Assembly (NCBI RefSeq): GCF_000485595.1
Contig: NW_014577083.1
Coordinates: 854,976 to 914,211 of the forward strand
Source of the DNA: Priapulus caudatus
Lineage: Eukaryota
Length of the DNA stretch: 59,236 nt
Direction of reading: 5' to 3'
Shown here: in pieces, positions 13,060 to 25,937 of the stretch
How positions within the stretch are numbered: position 1 is the stretch's first letter
Layout: every line of letters starts with the position of its first letter
Notes under the pieces: generated by a model
The model's input: the letters and a program-made list of their open reading frames with translations, nothing else
Database searches by the model: none
Told to the model about the DNA's origin: nothing
Position numbers and translations under genes: made by a program

Positions 13060-16000
13060 TCATTTGGTACAAAACTGCTGCTGTCAGATGCGAAGTGACT
13101 TAACTTCATATTCTGTGATCCTGGTAACTAGCTTTTGCATCGTATATCGCTTGTCATCGTCATTAATATCACGTAAACTGTTTCATCTGTGTATATAGGT
13201 TATATCAGGAGTTATAATAAAGACAAATTTTGTCTTTATTAAGCTCCTGTAATATCTGTGCGTTAATAGTGCATAGTTACAAGAGTACTTTGTTGTTCTT
13301 GTTCAGAGACTTTTCTCACATCCAGAAAAAATATTCTTCCATTCTCTTATGATTTGAACCATATTCGTAAACTTTTGCATTTAGTCAAACTTGCAATCCA
13401 AACATTGGTGACTATTCATCTTTCCTGTTGTTTTTGCACTTCATGTGCTTTACTTTTAACTGAATTTCTCCTTTATAGCAATCAAAAAACGTTGCAACAG
13501 ATATCTGCTTACACGAAAAAATACTTTCATATCGCATGCGTATACTTACTCGTGCTTTTCGCTATAGATGACCAATACTACAGATACAGTCACAACAGCT
13601 TAGACGCAGGCTATCCAAAGCACATGTCCGGTAGGGTTGGACTACCGACAAGAAATAGATGCGACATTCGTATGGAAAAATGGGAAGAGTTACTTCTTCA
13701 GAGGATCTCAATACTATAAGTTCAACGATGGCGTAATTTGAGGTATTGTCAGGTATTCCATTTATAACTCAACCTGTAACCAGCTTATAGAGCTGTAACT
13801 AGTTTAGTAGTAGTAACTAGTGTAATAACTCGACCTGTAACTAGCTGTACCAGCTATAGAGACCATTTTTAGTTCTACACAAACAACTTCATTCATCCGG
13901 ACTGAGAACTAAGTGCGCTTATTTTTGCTAGCGGTATAACGAGAACGTACGTAGACGTAGTAACTTTCCTTGTCGTTAACATTGTCGTTAGCATCACCTT
14001 TAGCGTGGTCCTGCATATCCGTCTTCTGTCGTCGTTTGCGTTGCGCGTTAACGTTATCGTTAAGATCAGACACACTTCAGCAAAAACTACCAACCGTAAC
14101 GTCAGCGTCAACGTCGCAGCGATTCCCAGCATTCAACGTCATATTACTGAGTTTAGCGCACATTACCTGATTAGCGTCAACATTACTGAGTTAGCGTCAC
14201 ATTACTGAGTTAGCGTCAACATTACTGAGTTGGACTGTCTTATCATTACTGAGTTAGCGTCACATATTACTGAGTTAGCGTCAACATTACTGACTGTCAA
14301 TATTACTGAGTTAGAGTCAACATTCTGAGTTAGCCGGTTCAATCATTGCTGAGTTAGCGTCAACATTTTGGAGGTTAGCCGTCAAACATTACTGATGTTG
14401 AGTGTCAACATTACTGAGTTAGCGTCAACATTACTGAGTTAGCGTCAACATTACTGAGTTAGCGTCAACATTACTGAGTTAGCGTCAACATTACTGAGTT
14501 AGCGTCAACATTACTGAGTTAGCGTCAACCATTACTGAGTTAGCCTCACATTACTGAGTTAGCGTCAACATTACTGAGTTAGCGTCAACATTATACTGAG
14601 GTTAGCGTCAAATTAAGTTAGCGTCAACATTACCAAGTTAGCGATCCAACATTACTGAGTTAGCGTCAACATTACTGAGTTAGCGTCAACATTACGAGTT
14701 AGCATTCAACATTACAGAGTTAGCGTCAACATTACCAAGTTAGCGTCAACATTACATGAGTTAAGCATCAACGTTACTGATTAGCGTCACACATAACGAC
14801 GCGCCTGATGTTCCTTGCGTCTATGCGCAATAATCACGATTAAATATCACGCGCGTTTAATTCCCCGTTTTTAATTTTAGTTTTTATAATTTAATTCCCC
14901 TCAGCGTTAATATATCACGACTATTCGAACGATGCCTTCTCACGTGAATCATGTCTGGTTGTTAGGTGGAAGATGGCTACCCGAGATCCACTGGTAAGTG
15001 GTGGTTCGGTTGCTCCATCGAGGACCTGCAGGACACGTCGCCATCAGCGACACTAATCACAACACATGGGAGAATTTCACCGTGCCCTCTGAAGCGGACA
15101 CGCCCGCTCGGACAGAGCCGCGAAAAAGAGACGGCGCCACACGGATGCGAAACCGCAATGCTGCGACGTCGCTTACCTGCCCAGGAGTGATATCACTCGC
15201 TGCTCTAGCTGCATATCAGCTGTTGGCGATGCTATGAGACTGTTCGATATCGCGAGCATCGGTGTAGATGTCATCACGGAGAAATTAAAGATGCTGTGCG
15301 TGTGTGTTAAATCTAGAGGATTTAGAGTGCAGAACCTAGAGGCAGAGATTTCAAGATGTTGTCGGAGGAAGATGATCTATTGTATTGAGCACCGAACAAA
15401 ATCTTAGCACAAAATTGTGCTGAATGTGTCAATTTACAGATATCGGCAGCAGATATCAAGAGAAATATAGATAATACATGAGAAGATGATGGCACATCAT
15501 TTCGAGTGAAGATCCATCGAATAATGTTTTTGGAAGCTGGATGATACCAGATAGCTGATAAGTTTATGCGTACATGAAAAAGATGAGGTGGAGGGTAATG
15601 AAGAGACGAAGAGAGAACCTGCACGCACACGCCACGCGCACGCGCACGCGCACGCGCACGCACACGCACACGCACACGCACACGCACACACCACACACCA
15701 CACACACACACACACACATACCGGGAGAGAGGGGCGCCCGAGAATAAAAGGAGCGATGTAAAAAAAAAGAGACACGCAGAGAGATGCATGTGGAAGAAAA
15801 GATAAAGAGCGGCACTTAATGAAGTGGTGGAAGAGGATAAAGCCGGCACCACATGCGGTGAACTTGATGCGCGAACTAAGTTCCTACTAGTGGAAGTGGC
15901 GCAGCAATTCTACATGCGTGTGCGCGATGCAATAATCCTTCGATCTGGGGCGTTGTGATTTCACAGTGTTTGATATTTTCAAGAGTACATAATAGAGATT

Positions 16001-16437
16001 AATGAGAGATATAATCTCTATTAGCATCCAAATTGGCGCACCAAGTTCCACAGCGTGTGCGGCGGGCTTAAGAATTTGTAAGAACGTTTACTACGAATTT
16101 AATAAGGTTCCTCTTCGTTCTTCATAATGTCGTGATTGCGCAATTGCTTGGATTAGGCGTAGCTGTGTCATGCATGGTTATTGTACCTGGAAGCCCGCGG
16201 CGCACGCTCGAGATGTCGACGAGCTAGCGGGCACGGCACCGTGCAACCATTCGCGTTCTCAAACGCCTGAAATTTTGTAATAACTTGTTTGATATCGTGA
16301 ACGCGTAGCACATGATGTCGTTATATAGCTTCTAATCTCATAACACGGGCCATCGATTAAATGGTATAATTAGGTTTAATGTGTAGTTGCGATTATATTA
16401 TATTATATATATCAGGAGTAAATAATCACAATATGTG
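13060..16437 (+). other. Redundant copy of the MMP 3' region (exon 10 at 13568-13742, terminal exon at 14966-15237, downstream sequence), out of order
   Basis: Near-identical to ~23825-27175 with scattered indels. It lies upstream of the catalytic exon and ends at a 25-N gap. Confidence 0.85.
14130..14790. repeat. 20-bp minisatellite (TTACTGAGTTAGCGTCAACA)n in the last MMP intron
   Basis: Head-to-tail units without spacers; redundant copies at ~20690-21030 and ~24855-25475. Confidence 0.92.
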
Positions 16438-16695
16438 NNNNNNNNNNNNNNNNNNNNNNNNNGAAAGCTTGATATCATTAACAACAACGACCGAAGCCCC
16501 CCCCCCCCCCGGCTAGTGTAAAAAACAGAAAGAAAGCTGAACAAGCAATACTATATTTACTTCAATTGACACCTTTCGCAAAAAATTAGCAGTGCTGCAC
16601 AGTCACCGATTCGCTAAATACGATATGCAATAACTTGGCGCAGAAAACAAAGATATTCTGAGCATTAACGTGATAAAAATTGGAAACGATTTCAG

Positions 16696-16855
16696 GCACG
16701 AATCTGTTCCAAGTAGCGTCGCACGAGCTCGCCACTCGTTGGGACTGTCGCATTCTGATGAAAGGAACGAACGCCATCATGCTCCGTTCTATCGTGGCTA
16801 CGAGGAAACAACTACACTCACAGAGACGACGTGGAGGCTATACAGATACTTTACG
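16696..16855 (+). CDS. MMP exon 6 (zinc-binding motif and Met-turn), with indel errors
   Basis: Reads GTNLFQVASHEL(G)HSLGLSHSDERN AIM(A)PFYRGY...DDVEAIQILYG after allowing small indels. This is the only copy of this exon in the window. Confidence 0.9.
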
Positions 16856-16867
16856 GTACGACACAAT

Positions 16868-18000
16868 CATTGCATGCACGGGTTACATGGTGAATGCATC
16901 ATTCCATGCGCAATGTGAGATGATATCTGCATCGTTCCATGCATGATGTGACACGATGTCTGCATTGTTTTGGTGCATTGAACGCTAACATTGATGTCTG
17001 CATTATTCCGATGCCATGATGTAACATGATCGTCTGCCATTATTTCCATGCAGTAATGTGACACAATGTCTCTGCGGGCGTTCCATGCATGAGTGTGACA
17101 CGATGTGCTGATCGGTTCTATGCATAATGGTGACACGATGTCTGCATTGTTCCGATGCATGATGCTGGACACCGATGTCTGCATCGTTCCATGCCATCCT
17201 GTGACATGATGTTCTGCCATCATTTCATGCATGAATGGACGATGCATGGTCTGCATCGATTCCGATGCATAAGGTGACAGCGAGATCCGCTGCATTGTTC
17301 CATGGATGATGTGACACGATGTAACTGCCATCGTTCATGCATGATGATGACATGATGTCTGCCATCCATTCCATTGGCCATGATGTGACATGATGTGCTG
17401 CATTGTTTCGCGTGCGTGATGTGACATGATCGTCTGGCATATATTCCATGCACTGATGCTAACGATGATGTCTGCATTATTGCCAGCATAAATGTGACAC
17501 AATGTCTGCAATCGTTCCACTGCGCATCGACCTGCTGACACGATGTCTGCGATCGTTCCATGGTCATGATGTGACACGAGTTCTGCATTGCTTCATGGCA
17601 TAAGTGTGACACGGATGTCTGCATCGTTCCATGCTGATGTGAGGCATGATGGTCTGTCTGGATTCATCTCCATGCATGATGTGACACGATGTCTGCATCA
17701 TTCCATGCATAAGTGACACGATTGTCTGTGCAGGTGCGTTCATGCATGATGCTGACACGATGTCTGATTGTTCCATTGCTATGATGTGACGAGCGATTGT
17801 CTGCCATGTTCCATGCAGTGATGGTGACACGATGTCTGCCATCGTTGCCATGCATGATATTGTGACTAATGATTGTCTGCATCATTCCATGCATGGATGT
17901 GACGATGCATGGTCTGGCATCATCCATGCGATGCGATGTGACATGATGTTCTGCATTCGTCATGCCATGATGTGGACATGGATGACTGACTGCATTCATT
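16868..18000. repeat. 33-bp minisatellite (CATCGTTCCATGCATGATGTGACATGATGTCTG)n in MMP intron 6
   Basis: Degenerate array here; three clean units with period 33 at 22275-22366. Confidence 0.9.
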
Positions 18001-18155
18001 GCTGCCGCATACGTCTTTGCCATTCAATTGCCCATGCGTGTGTTATGCATCAGACCATTGACCAATACTTCATCTTCTCGGGACGAACGCATTAGGCTAT
18101 TGATTTTATTTGCGAGCCTCTCTGCCCTTTATTGTGTGATTTCCTGTGCTCCCAG

Positions 18156-20250
18156 GTACGCCTGCCTTAGTCGTTCGAGGTGCGGTAAGACAAGAAAAGT
18201 ATCCAAGCTGGCCCCATCAGCCAACGACTAGATTTCCAACCCCAACTGTTGACGGCGCGCGAAAGCCCGATATCTGTCTTCACACGCATTGATCCATTGC
18301 ACAAACAGCTGGATGATAGCACATATGATATTCGAAAGGTGATTCACGTAATACGAACAGACAATTATTTAGACAAGGCCACATATGAATGGATCGGCAG
18401 GACCAAACAGACACACATGCAGACGGCCAAGGAATTCGCTGCAAACACATACACATATATGTGCGTTCGGGAAATATTTTTTGATATGCGCGGTTGAACG
18501 CCCTTATCCTAGTAGTTGACGGTAATATTGAATTCACCTATACTGTGACTATCGTGGGTGCGTGAATTACGAGGGTGATGTGCGTACTGCGAAGTTGAAA
18601 TGATGGACAGCTTTGTCGAACCCGGCTATCCGAAAAGCGTATCGGCTGATGACTGGGCATGGGTCCTCGGGAGACTTGGGATTGCACACTTACCTCATAG
18701 AATTTTCGATTTCTTAAGACGTCTTCCTTCAAGGTCGTTGATTTCCAAGAACTCTTGCTGAGAAGTTCTTATCATTCTTGTTCAAGTTCTTTCAAGTGTT
18801 TAAGGCCCTACAGATTTTAGTACTATTGCTAGCTATAGGTGTTATGCTGCGTATATGTCGTAGTTCCAAGCGTAAGGCCAGACGTGATTGCATTAATCTA
18901 ACCAGTTAATTAGATGAGAATCAATGTCTAGAGATTTATTAATCCATCAATAGACCCGCAAAAAAAACATCCAATCGCTTAATCAACATCACTTCTTAGT
19001 CAATCTACGTTGATCTATCTATTGATCGGTACATTAAAATCAAACATTAACACGTGAATATTAGATATATTAGCAAATATTCATGGTTTATTTTGGTCTG
19101 CAGGGAAATAAATATTGAAGTTTGTGAATCGAAGAAAGGCATGCCCCGGATACCGCGAAGATCACTCTCTCGTGGTTTTCCTGGAATTCCTGTGACATAT
19201 CAGCTGCTATTGCCTGTGCGGTGGTACGGAAAGGCCTACTTTATCCAAAGGTGTGAGCAAAGTGGGGCGTCGCGCGACAACGTGCGGTGTCGTCATCATC
19301 GGATGTCACCATGTGGCGTATGCATAAACAGTTCGGCGTGTCACGTAATAGCATCCGCGTTGATTATTACCATATAGCCGACAGTTATAAAAGCTAGGAA
19401 AGTAAAATTGTATGAGCGGAGCTAGCAAGAGACACGAGTATACGATAACAAGCCGATTGCTTGTGACTGGCGCTTCGAAGACACCAGCGTGTCAGTTTAT
19501 AGGGCATTCGTCTATGCTGGCTACAAAACTGCTCCTGTCAAGATGCGAAGTGACTTAATTTACATAATTCCTTTGTGCATTGCGTAGCCCAGCTTTGCAT
19601 TCGGTATATGCTCCTTGGCATCATAATATCACGTAAAACGCTTCATCTGGGTATATAGGTGATATCAGGATCGGTTAATAAAGAAAATTTTCGCAGCCTT
19701 GTCCTTTAGTTAACTCCTGGTGCATATCTGTGCGTTAATAGTGCATAGTTCAAGAGAGTACTTTTGTTGCTTCTTGTTCCAGAGTAATCTTTCTCACACC
19801 CGAAATATTCTTTCCATTCTCTTTCTATGATTTGACCCATGCATGTCGTAAAACTTTTGCATTTAGTCTAAACTTCGCAATTCCAAACATTCGGGACTAT
19901 TCATCTTTCCTGTTGTTTTGCACTTCGTCGCTGCTTTACTTCTTAGACTGATTTCCCTTTATAGCAATTCAAAAGATACGGGTCAAGCAACATGATTATC
20001 GCTGTACGAGCGAAAAAATACTTCATATCGCATTGCGTATAACTTACTCGTGCTTTTCGCCTATAGATGACCAATACTACAGATACAGGCCACAACAGCT
20101 TAGACGCAAGGCTATCCACAAGCACAGTGTCCGTATGGGTGGACTACGGACAAAGAAATAGATGCGACATTCGTATGGAAAAATGGAAAGAGTTACTTCT
20201 TCGAGAGTACTCAATACTTATTAAGTTCAACGATGGCGAATTTGTGTATT
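18156..20250 (+). other. Error-rich redundant copy of MMP exons 7-10
   Basis: Colinear with 22516-24470, introns included, but with dense single-base indels. Confidence 0.85.
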
Positions 20251-21444
20251 GCTCAGGGTATTCCATTTTAAACTCTATCTGTACACAGCTTATAGACATT
20301 AACTAGTGTAGTAGTAGCTAATAGTGAATAACTCGACGTTAACATAGCCTGTGACAGCAGCTATATGACAACCATTTTTAGGTCTTCTACACAAACAACT
20401 GTCATTCATATGCCGCGACATGCAGAACTAAGTGCGCTTATCCTTTTGCTACGCGCCGTACAACGACGAACGTAGAGCGTAGTACTCTCCGTTTGTCGTT
20501 AACATTTGTCGTTAGCTCACCTTTAGCGTAGGTCGCTCCAGGCATCATCTTTCCCGTCGTCGTTAGCGTCGTTACTGCTTGACAGCGACGTTCAAGCAGA
20601 ATCTCAGTTAGAGATCAGCGCCACGTTCGCAGCGATCAGATTAAACGCTCAACCTATACTTGTCAGCGTGCAACTCGACTGGAGTCAGAGTCACCCGTCA
20701 ACATTACTGAAGCTTCGAGGCGACAATACTGGAGTTAGTCGTCTAACATTACTGAGTTAGCGTCAGACATTACTGTTGTGTGCTCAACGATTAGCTGACG
20801 TTAGCTGTCAACGTGTACGTGAGGTTAGCAATTACAGTAGAACTATTACTGAGTTCAGACCTTCACATTACTGAGTTAGCCCGTCAAAGTAGCTGGTTAG
20901 CGTCAACATTAACTGAGGTTAGACATTAGATAGTGTCACATTATGAGCGTTAGGGCGTCCAATCTATTACTGAGTTAGCGTCAACCGATTCTACTGAGTT
21001 AGCATCAACATTTAACTGAGTTCAGGCGGCGTCAAAATTACCGATACGGCGCATTGACCGTTTTTTGTTCACGTCCGCTCGTCCCTCGGTGTGCAATATC
21101 ACAACTAATGGTCATTATTTACTCCCGATGTGTGTGTGTGCGTGTGTGCGTGTGTGTGTGCGTGCGTGCGTGCGTGCGTGCGTGCGTGTGTGCGTGTGTG
21201 TATGTGTGCGTGTGTTTATGTGTGCGTGTGCGAGCGAGCGTGCGTACGTGCGTGCGTGCGTGTGTGTGTATGTGTGTGTGTGGGGGGGTATTATGTGTGT
21301 GCGAGGGTGCGTGCGTGCGTGTGCGTGCGTGTGTGTGCGCGCGCGTGTGTGTGTGCGTGCGTGCGTGTGTGCGCGCGCGTGCGTCCGGGCGTGTGTGTGC
21401 ACGTGCGTGCGTCCATGCGTGTGTGTGTGTGGTGTGCATGTGCG

Positions 21445-22228
21445 CAGTGGCGGCACCACGGGGGGCATGGGGACAAATGCCCCAGTCAAAACTTTTGCCC
21501 CCCCCCCCCCAGTTGCTCCCCAGTCAGCTCCTGTACAAAGGTTTTAAGGACACAGTTCACAGGAGAAATAACAATATTAATTTTACTCCATAGACCCAAA
21601 ATGTTGCCTTTCAATCTCTGGGGTTTAAAATGGATAAACCTCGCAACAAAAAGCTTATATAGACCTACTGTGAGCAGACTTGCAGTGTGCATACATCACG
21701 AAATGTTCTTATTGAGCCAGAGAAGTGCTACAAACATTGAGATTTTCAAAATCGCGTCCGACGCGGTTATGTTACACAGCTAGCTATATGTAATTTGAAT
21801 TTTTATTGAGTGGCAGACCTCCCAACACTTCCGATTTTGGCGGAACATTTCCGCTTTCTTATTCCATTTCCGCCACTACGATTTCCCCTTTATTTTTCCG
21901 CGAAACCGCAATTTCCGTGGATAGCCTTTATTTACAACACTAGCGCACTACAGTAAGATTAGAAGTTTGAATATGGGTCAGAAATGCTCTACAAGCGTGT
22001 TTATTTCATACAGAGTGTATATTCTGCATACAGAGGCTTGATTTTTCACCTCAAAAATGCTAAAAGTTCAGAGCTTCCGGGGGCTTCGCCCCCTGGACGC
22101 CCACCGGGACTTTGTCGCTGGACCCCACCCATTAGTTCTCGCGCTACGCGATCACAACATTTTGCCCCCAACATTTTTCCTTGTCTTGATCTTGCCCCTC
22201 CACTTTTACAATCCTGGTGCCGCCACTG
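21445..22228. mobile_element. Non-autonomous TIR element (hAT-like CAG termini) inserted in a (TG/TGCG)n tract
   Basis: TIR cagtggcggcacca...tggtgccgccactg with no ORF. An error-rich copy lies at ~27538-28355. Confidence 0.75.
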
Positions 22229-22515
22229 CGTGCGTGTGTGTGTGTGTGCGCGCGAGCGTGTGTGCGTGCGTGATCCATGCATGATGTGACATGATGTCTG
22301 CATCGTTCCATGCATGATGTGACATGATGTCTGCATCGTTCCATGCATGATGTGACATGATGTCTGACTGCATCATTGCTGCAGCATACGTTTCTTTGCC
22401 ATCAATTCCCACTGCTGTGGTATGATCAGAACCTTGACCAATACTTCATTTGGGACAACGCATTAGGCTATTGCTTATATTGCGCTCTGTTTATTGGTGA
22501 TTTCCTTGCTCCCAG

Positions 22516-22692
22516 GTACAGCATCTAGTCGTTCAGGTGCGGATAAAGACAAGAAAAAGTCATCAGCTGCCCCATCAGCAACGACTAGTTCTCCACACCC
22601 AACGTTGACGCCTGGAAAGCCCGATATCTGTCTCTCACCACGCATTGATGCCATCACAACGACGCTGGATGATAGCACATATGTATTCAAAG
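22516..22692 (+). CDS. MMP exon 7 (hinge and start of hemopexin domain)
   Basis: GTASSRSGADKDKKKSSAAPSATTSSPHPTLTPGKPDICLSPRIDAITTTLDDSTYVFK; AG/GT-bounded. Confidence 0.92.
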
Positions 22693-22914
22693 GTGATTCA
22701 CGTAATACGAAACAGACATATAGACAAGGCCACATATGAATGGATCGAGAGACCAAACAGACACACATGCAGACGGCCAAGGAATTCGTGCAAACACATA
22801 CAAATATATGCGTTCAGAAATTTTTTTGATATGCGCGGTTGAACGCCTTATCCTAGTAGTTGGCGGAATATTGAATTCACCTATACCTTGTGACTATCCG
22901 TGCGTTGATTACAG

Positions 22915-23057
22915 GTGATTGGTACTGGAAGTTAAATGATGACAGCTTTGAACCCGGCTATCCAAAGCGTATCGCTGATGACTGGGATGGTCTACCGGGA
23001 GACTTGGATGCAGCACTTACCTCCAAGAATTTCGATTCTAAGACGTTCTTCTTCAAG
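22915..23057 (+). CDS. MMP exon 8 (hemopexin)
   Basis: GDWYWKLNDDSFEPGYPKRIADDWDGLPGDLDAALTSKNFDSKTFFFK; AG/GT-bounded. Confidence 0.93.
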
Positions 23058-23408
23058 GTTTGAATTTTCCAAACTTCTTTGTTGAGAAGTTCTTTCATTC
23101 TTGTTCAAGTTCTTTCCAAGTTTAGCCTTACATATTTAGTACTATTGCTAGCTATAGGTGTATATGTCGTATATGTCGTAGTTCAAGCGTAAGCATGCAG
23201 AGTGATTGATTAATCTACCAGTTAATTAATGAGAATCAATTTAGAGATTTAATTAATCATCAAATAGAGCAAAAAAAATTAATCCGTTAATCAACATCAC
23301 TTTTAGTCAATTACGTTGATCTATCTATTGAAAAAAATTTTTAAATCAAACATTAACACGTGAATAATTAGATATAATTTAGAAATATATGGTTTATTTT
23401 GTCTGCAG

Positions 23409-23550
23409 GGAAATAAATATTGGAAGTTTGTGAATCAAGAAATGATGCCCGGATACCCGAAGATCATCTCTGTTGGGTTTCCTGGAATTCCTGCTGACAT
23501 ATCAGCTGCATTTGCCTGGGGTGGTAACGGAAAGGCCTACTTTATCAAAG
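23409..23550 (+). CDS. MMP exon 9 (hemopexin)
   Basis: GNKYWKFVNQEMMPGYPKIISVGFPGIPADISAAFAWGGNGKAYFIK; AG/GT-bounded. Confidence 0.93.
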
Positions 23551-23927
23551 GTGTGAGCAAAGTGGGGTCGCGCGACAACGTGGTCGTCATCATCCGGATG
23601 TCACCATGTGGCATGACATAAACAGTTCGGGTGTCACGTAGATAGCATCCGGTTGATTAGTTACATATAGCCACAGTTATAAAAGCTAGGAAAGTAAAAT
23701 TGTATGAGCGGAGTAGAAGAGACACGAGTATGCGATAACAACCGATTGTTGTACTAGCTTCGAAGACCAGTCATGTTTATAGGGATATGTTAACAGGTGT
23801 CATGTTTATAGGGATTCGTCTATGCTGGCTACAAAACTGCTGCTGTCAGATGCGAAGTGACTTAATTTACATATTCTGTGATTGGTAGCAGCTTTGCAAC
23901 TGTTTCATCTGTGTATATAGGTGATAT

Positions 23928-23971
23928 CAGGAGTTAATAATAAATACAAATTTTGTCTTTATTAACTCCTG
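23928..23971. mobile_element. Palindromic CAGGAG-family stub with 7-bp TSD
   Basis: gtgatat|caggagttaataa...ttattaactcctg|gtgagat; redundant copies near 13206 and 19666. Confidence 0.7.
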
Positions 23972-24297
23972 GTGAGATCTGTGCGTTAATAGTTCATAGT
24001 TCAAAGAGTACTTTGTTGTTCTTGTTCCAGAGACTTTTCTCACACCCAGAAATATTCTTCCATTCTCTTTATGATTTGAACCATGTCGTAAACTTTTGCA
24101 TGTAGTCTAAATTAACTTGACAATCCAAACATTGGTGAATATTCATCTTTCCTGCTGTTTTTGCACTTCATGTGCTTTACTTCTTAACTGAATTCCTCTT
24201 TATAGCAATTCAAAAAACGGTCGCAACATGATATCTGCTTACACGAAAAAATACTTCATATCGCATTGCGTATACTTACTCGTGCTTTTCGCTATAG

Positions 24298-24470
24298 ATG
24301 ACCAATACTACAGATACAGCCACAACAGCTTAGACGCAGGCTATCCAAAGCACATGTCCGTATGGGTTGGACTACCGACAAGAATAGATGCGACATTCGT
24401 ATGGAAAAATGGGAAGAGTTACTTCTTCAGAGGATCTCAATACTATAAGTTCAACGATGGCGAATTTGAG
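24298..24470 (+). CDS. MMP exon 10 (hemopexin)
   Basis: DDQYYRYSHNSLDAGYPKHMSVWVGLPTRIDATFVWKNGKSYFFRGSQYYKFNDGEFE; AG/GT-bounded. Confidence 0.93.
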
Positions 24471-25654
24471 GTATTGTCAGGGTATTCCATTTTAAAACTC
24501 ATCCTGTAACCAGCTTATAGAGCTGTAACTAATGTAGTAGTAGTAACTAGTGTAATAACTCGACTTGTAACTAGCTGTTACCAGCTATAGAGACCATTTT
24601 TAGTTTCTACACAAACAACTTCATTCATTCCGGACATGAGAACTAAGTGCGCTTATTTTTGCTAGCGCGTAAACGAGAACGTAGACGTAGTAACTTTCCT
24701 TGTCGTTAACATTGTCGTTAGCATCACCTTTAGCGTGGTCGCTAGCATCATCGTTCCCGTCGTCGTTAGCGTTGCCGTTAACGTTCAAGACACACTTCAG
24801 CTAAAACTACCAACCGTAACGTTCAGCGTTAACGTCGCAGCGATTCCCAGCATTCAACGTCAATATTACTGAGTTAGCGTCAACATTACTGAGTTAGCGT
24901 CAACATTACTGAGTTAGCGTCAATATTACTGAGTTAGCATCAACATTACTGAGTTAGCGTCAATATTACTGAGTTAGCAACAATTGCTGAGTTAGCCGGT
25001 TCAACATTGCTGAGTTACGGTCCAACATTTGCTACGAGTGTTAGCCGTCAAAATACTGGATGGTCCTATAGTTAGTGTCAACATTTTACTGAGTTAGCTC
25101 AACATTACTGAAGTTGCATCAACATTACTGAAGTTAGTGTTCAACATTTACTGATGGTTAGCGGTCATACATTACTGAGTTTAGCGTCAAACATTACTGA
25201 TATGACGCGATAACGATAATCACATATACTGAGTTAGCCGTCACATTACTGAGTTAGCGTCAACATTACTGAGTTAGCGTCAACATTACCTAAGGAACTC
25301 AGTATAGCGTTCAACATTACTCAAGTTAGCTCAACATTACTGAGTTTAGCGTCAACATTACATGAGTTAGCCGTCAACATTACGGAGTTAGCATTCAACA
25401 TTACAGAGTTAGCGTCAACATTCAAGTTAGGCGTCAACATTACATGAGTTAGCATCAATCGTTACTGTTAGCGTCACCATAAACGACCGCGCCGTGATGT
25501 TCCTTCGCGTCTATGCCGCAATATCACGTATTAAATTCACGCGTGTTAAATTCCCTCTTTTTATTTTAGTTTTTATAATTTAATTCCCTCAGTCGTTGAA
25601 TATATCACGACTATTCGAACGAGCCTTCTCACGTGAATCCATGTTGGTTGTTAG

Positions 25655-25937
25655 GTGGCAAGATGTGCTGACCGAGATCTCACGGTAAGTGCGTGGTTCG
25701 GTTGCTCATCGAGGACCTGCAGGCACGTCGCCATCAGCGGATCACTAACACAACACATGGGAGAATTTCACCGTGCCTTGGACAGCGGAGCAACGCCCGT
25801 CTGGACAGTCCGCGAAAAAGAGACGCGCCGACACGGATGCGAAATTCTCGCAATGCTGCGATCGTCGCTTACCTGCCAGGAAGTGATAATCACTCGCTGC
25901 TTCTGAGCTGCATATCAGCTGTTGGCGATGCTATGAT
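25655..25937 (+). other. Error-rich copy of the MMP terminal exon
   Basis: Aligns by eye to 32218-32487 with many indels and directly follows the clean exon 7-10 series. Confidence 0.85.

Noticed and set aside
14130..14790. Regular 20-bp repeat array (and the 33-bp array at 16868-18000) as a possible CRISPR
   Set aside because: Units are head-to-tail with no unique spacers, there are no cas genes, and the arrays lie in introns of an animal gene.
16696..16855. MMP as a pseudogene because the catalytic exon is frameshifted
   Set aside because: Indels are equally dense in the adjacent non-coding sequence of the same block, and the clean exons are intact, so sequencing error is more likely.
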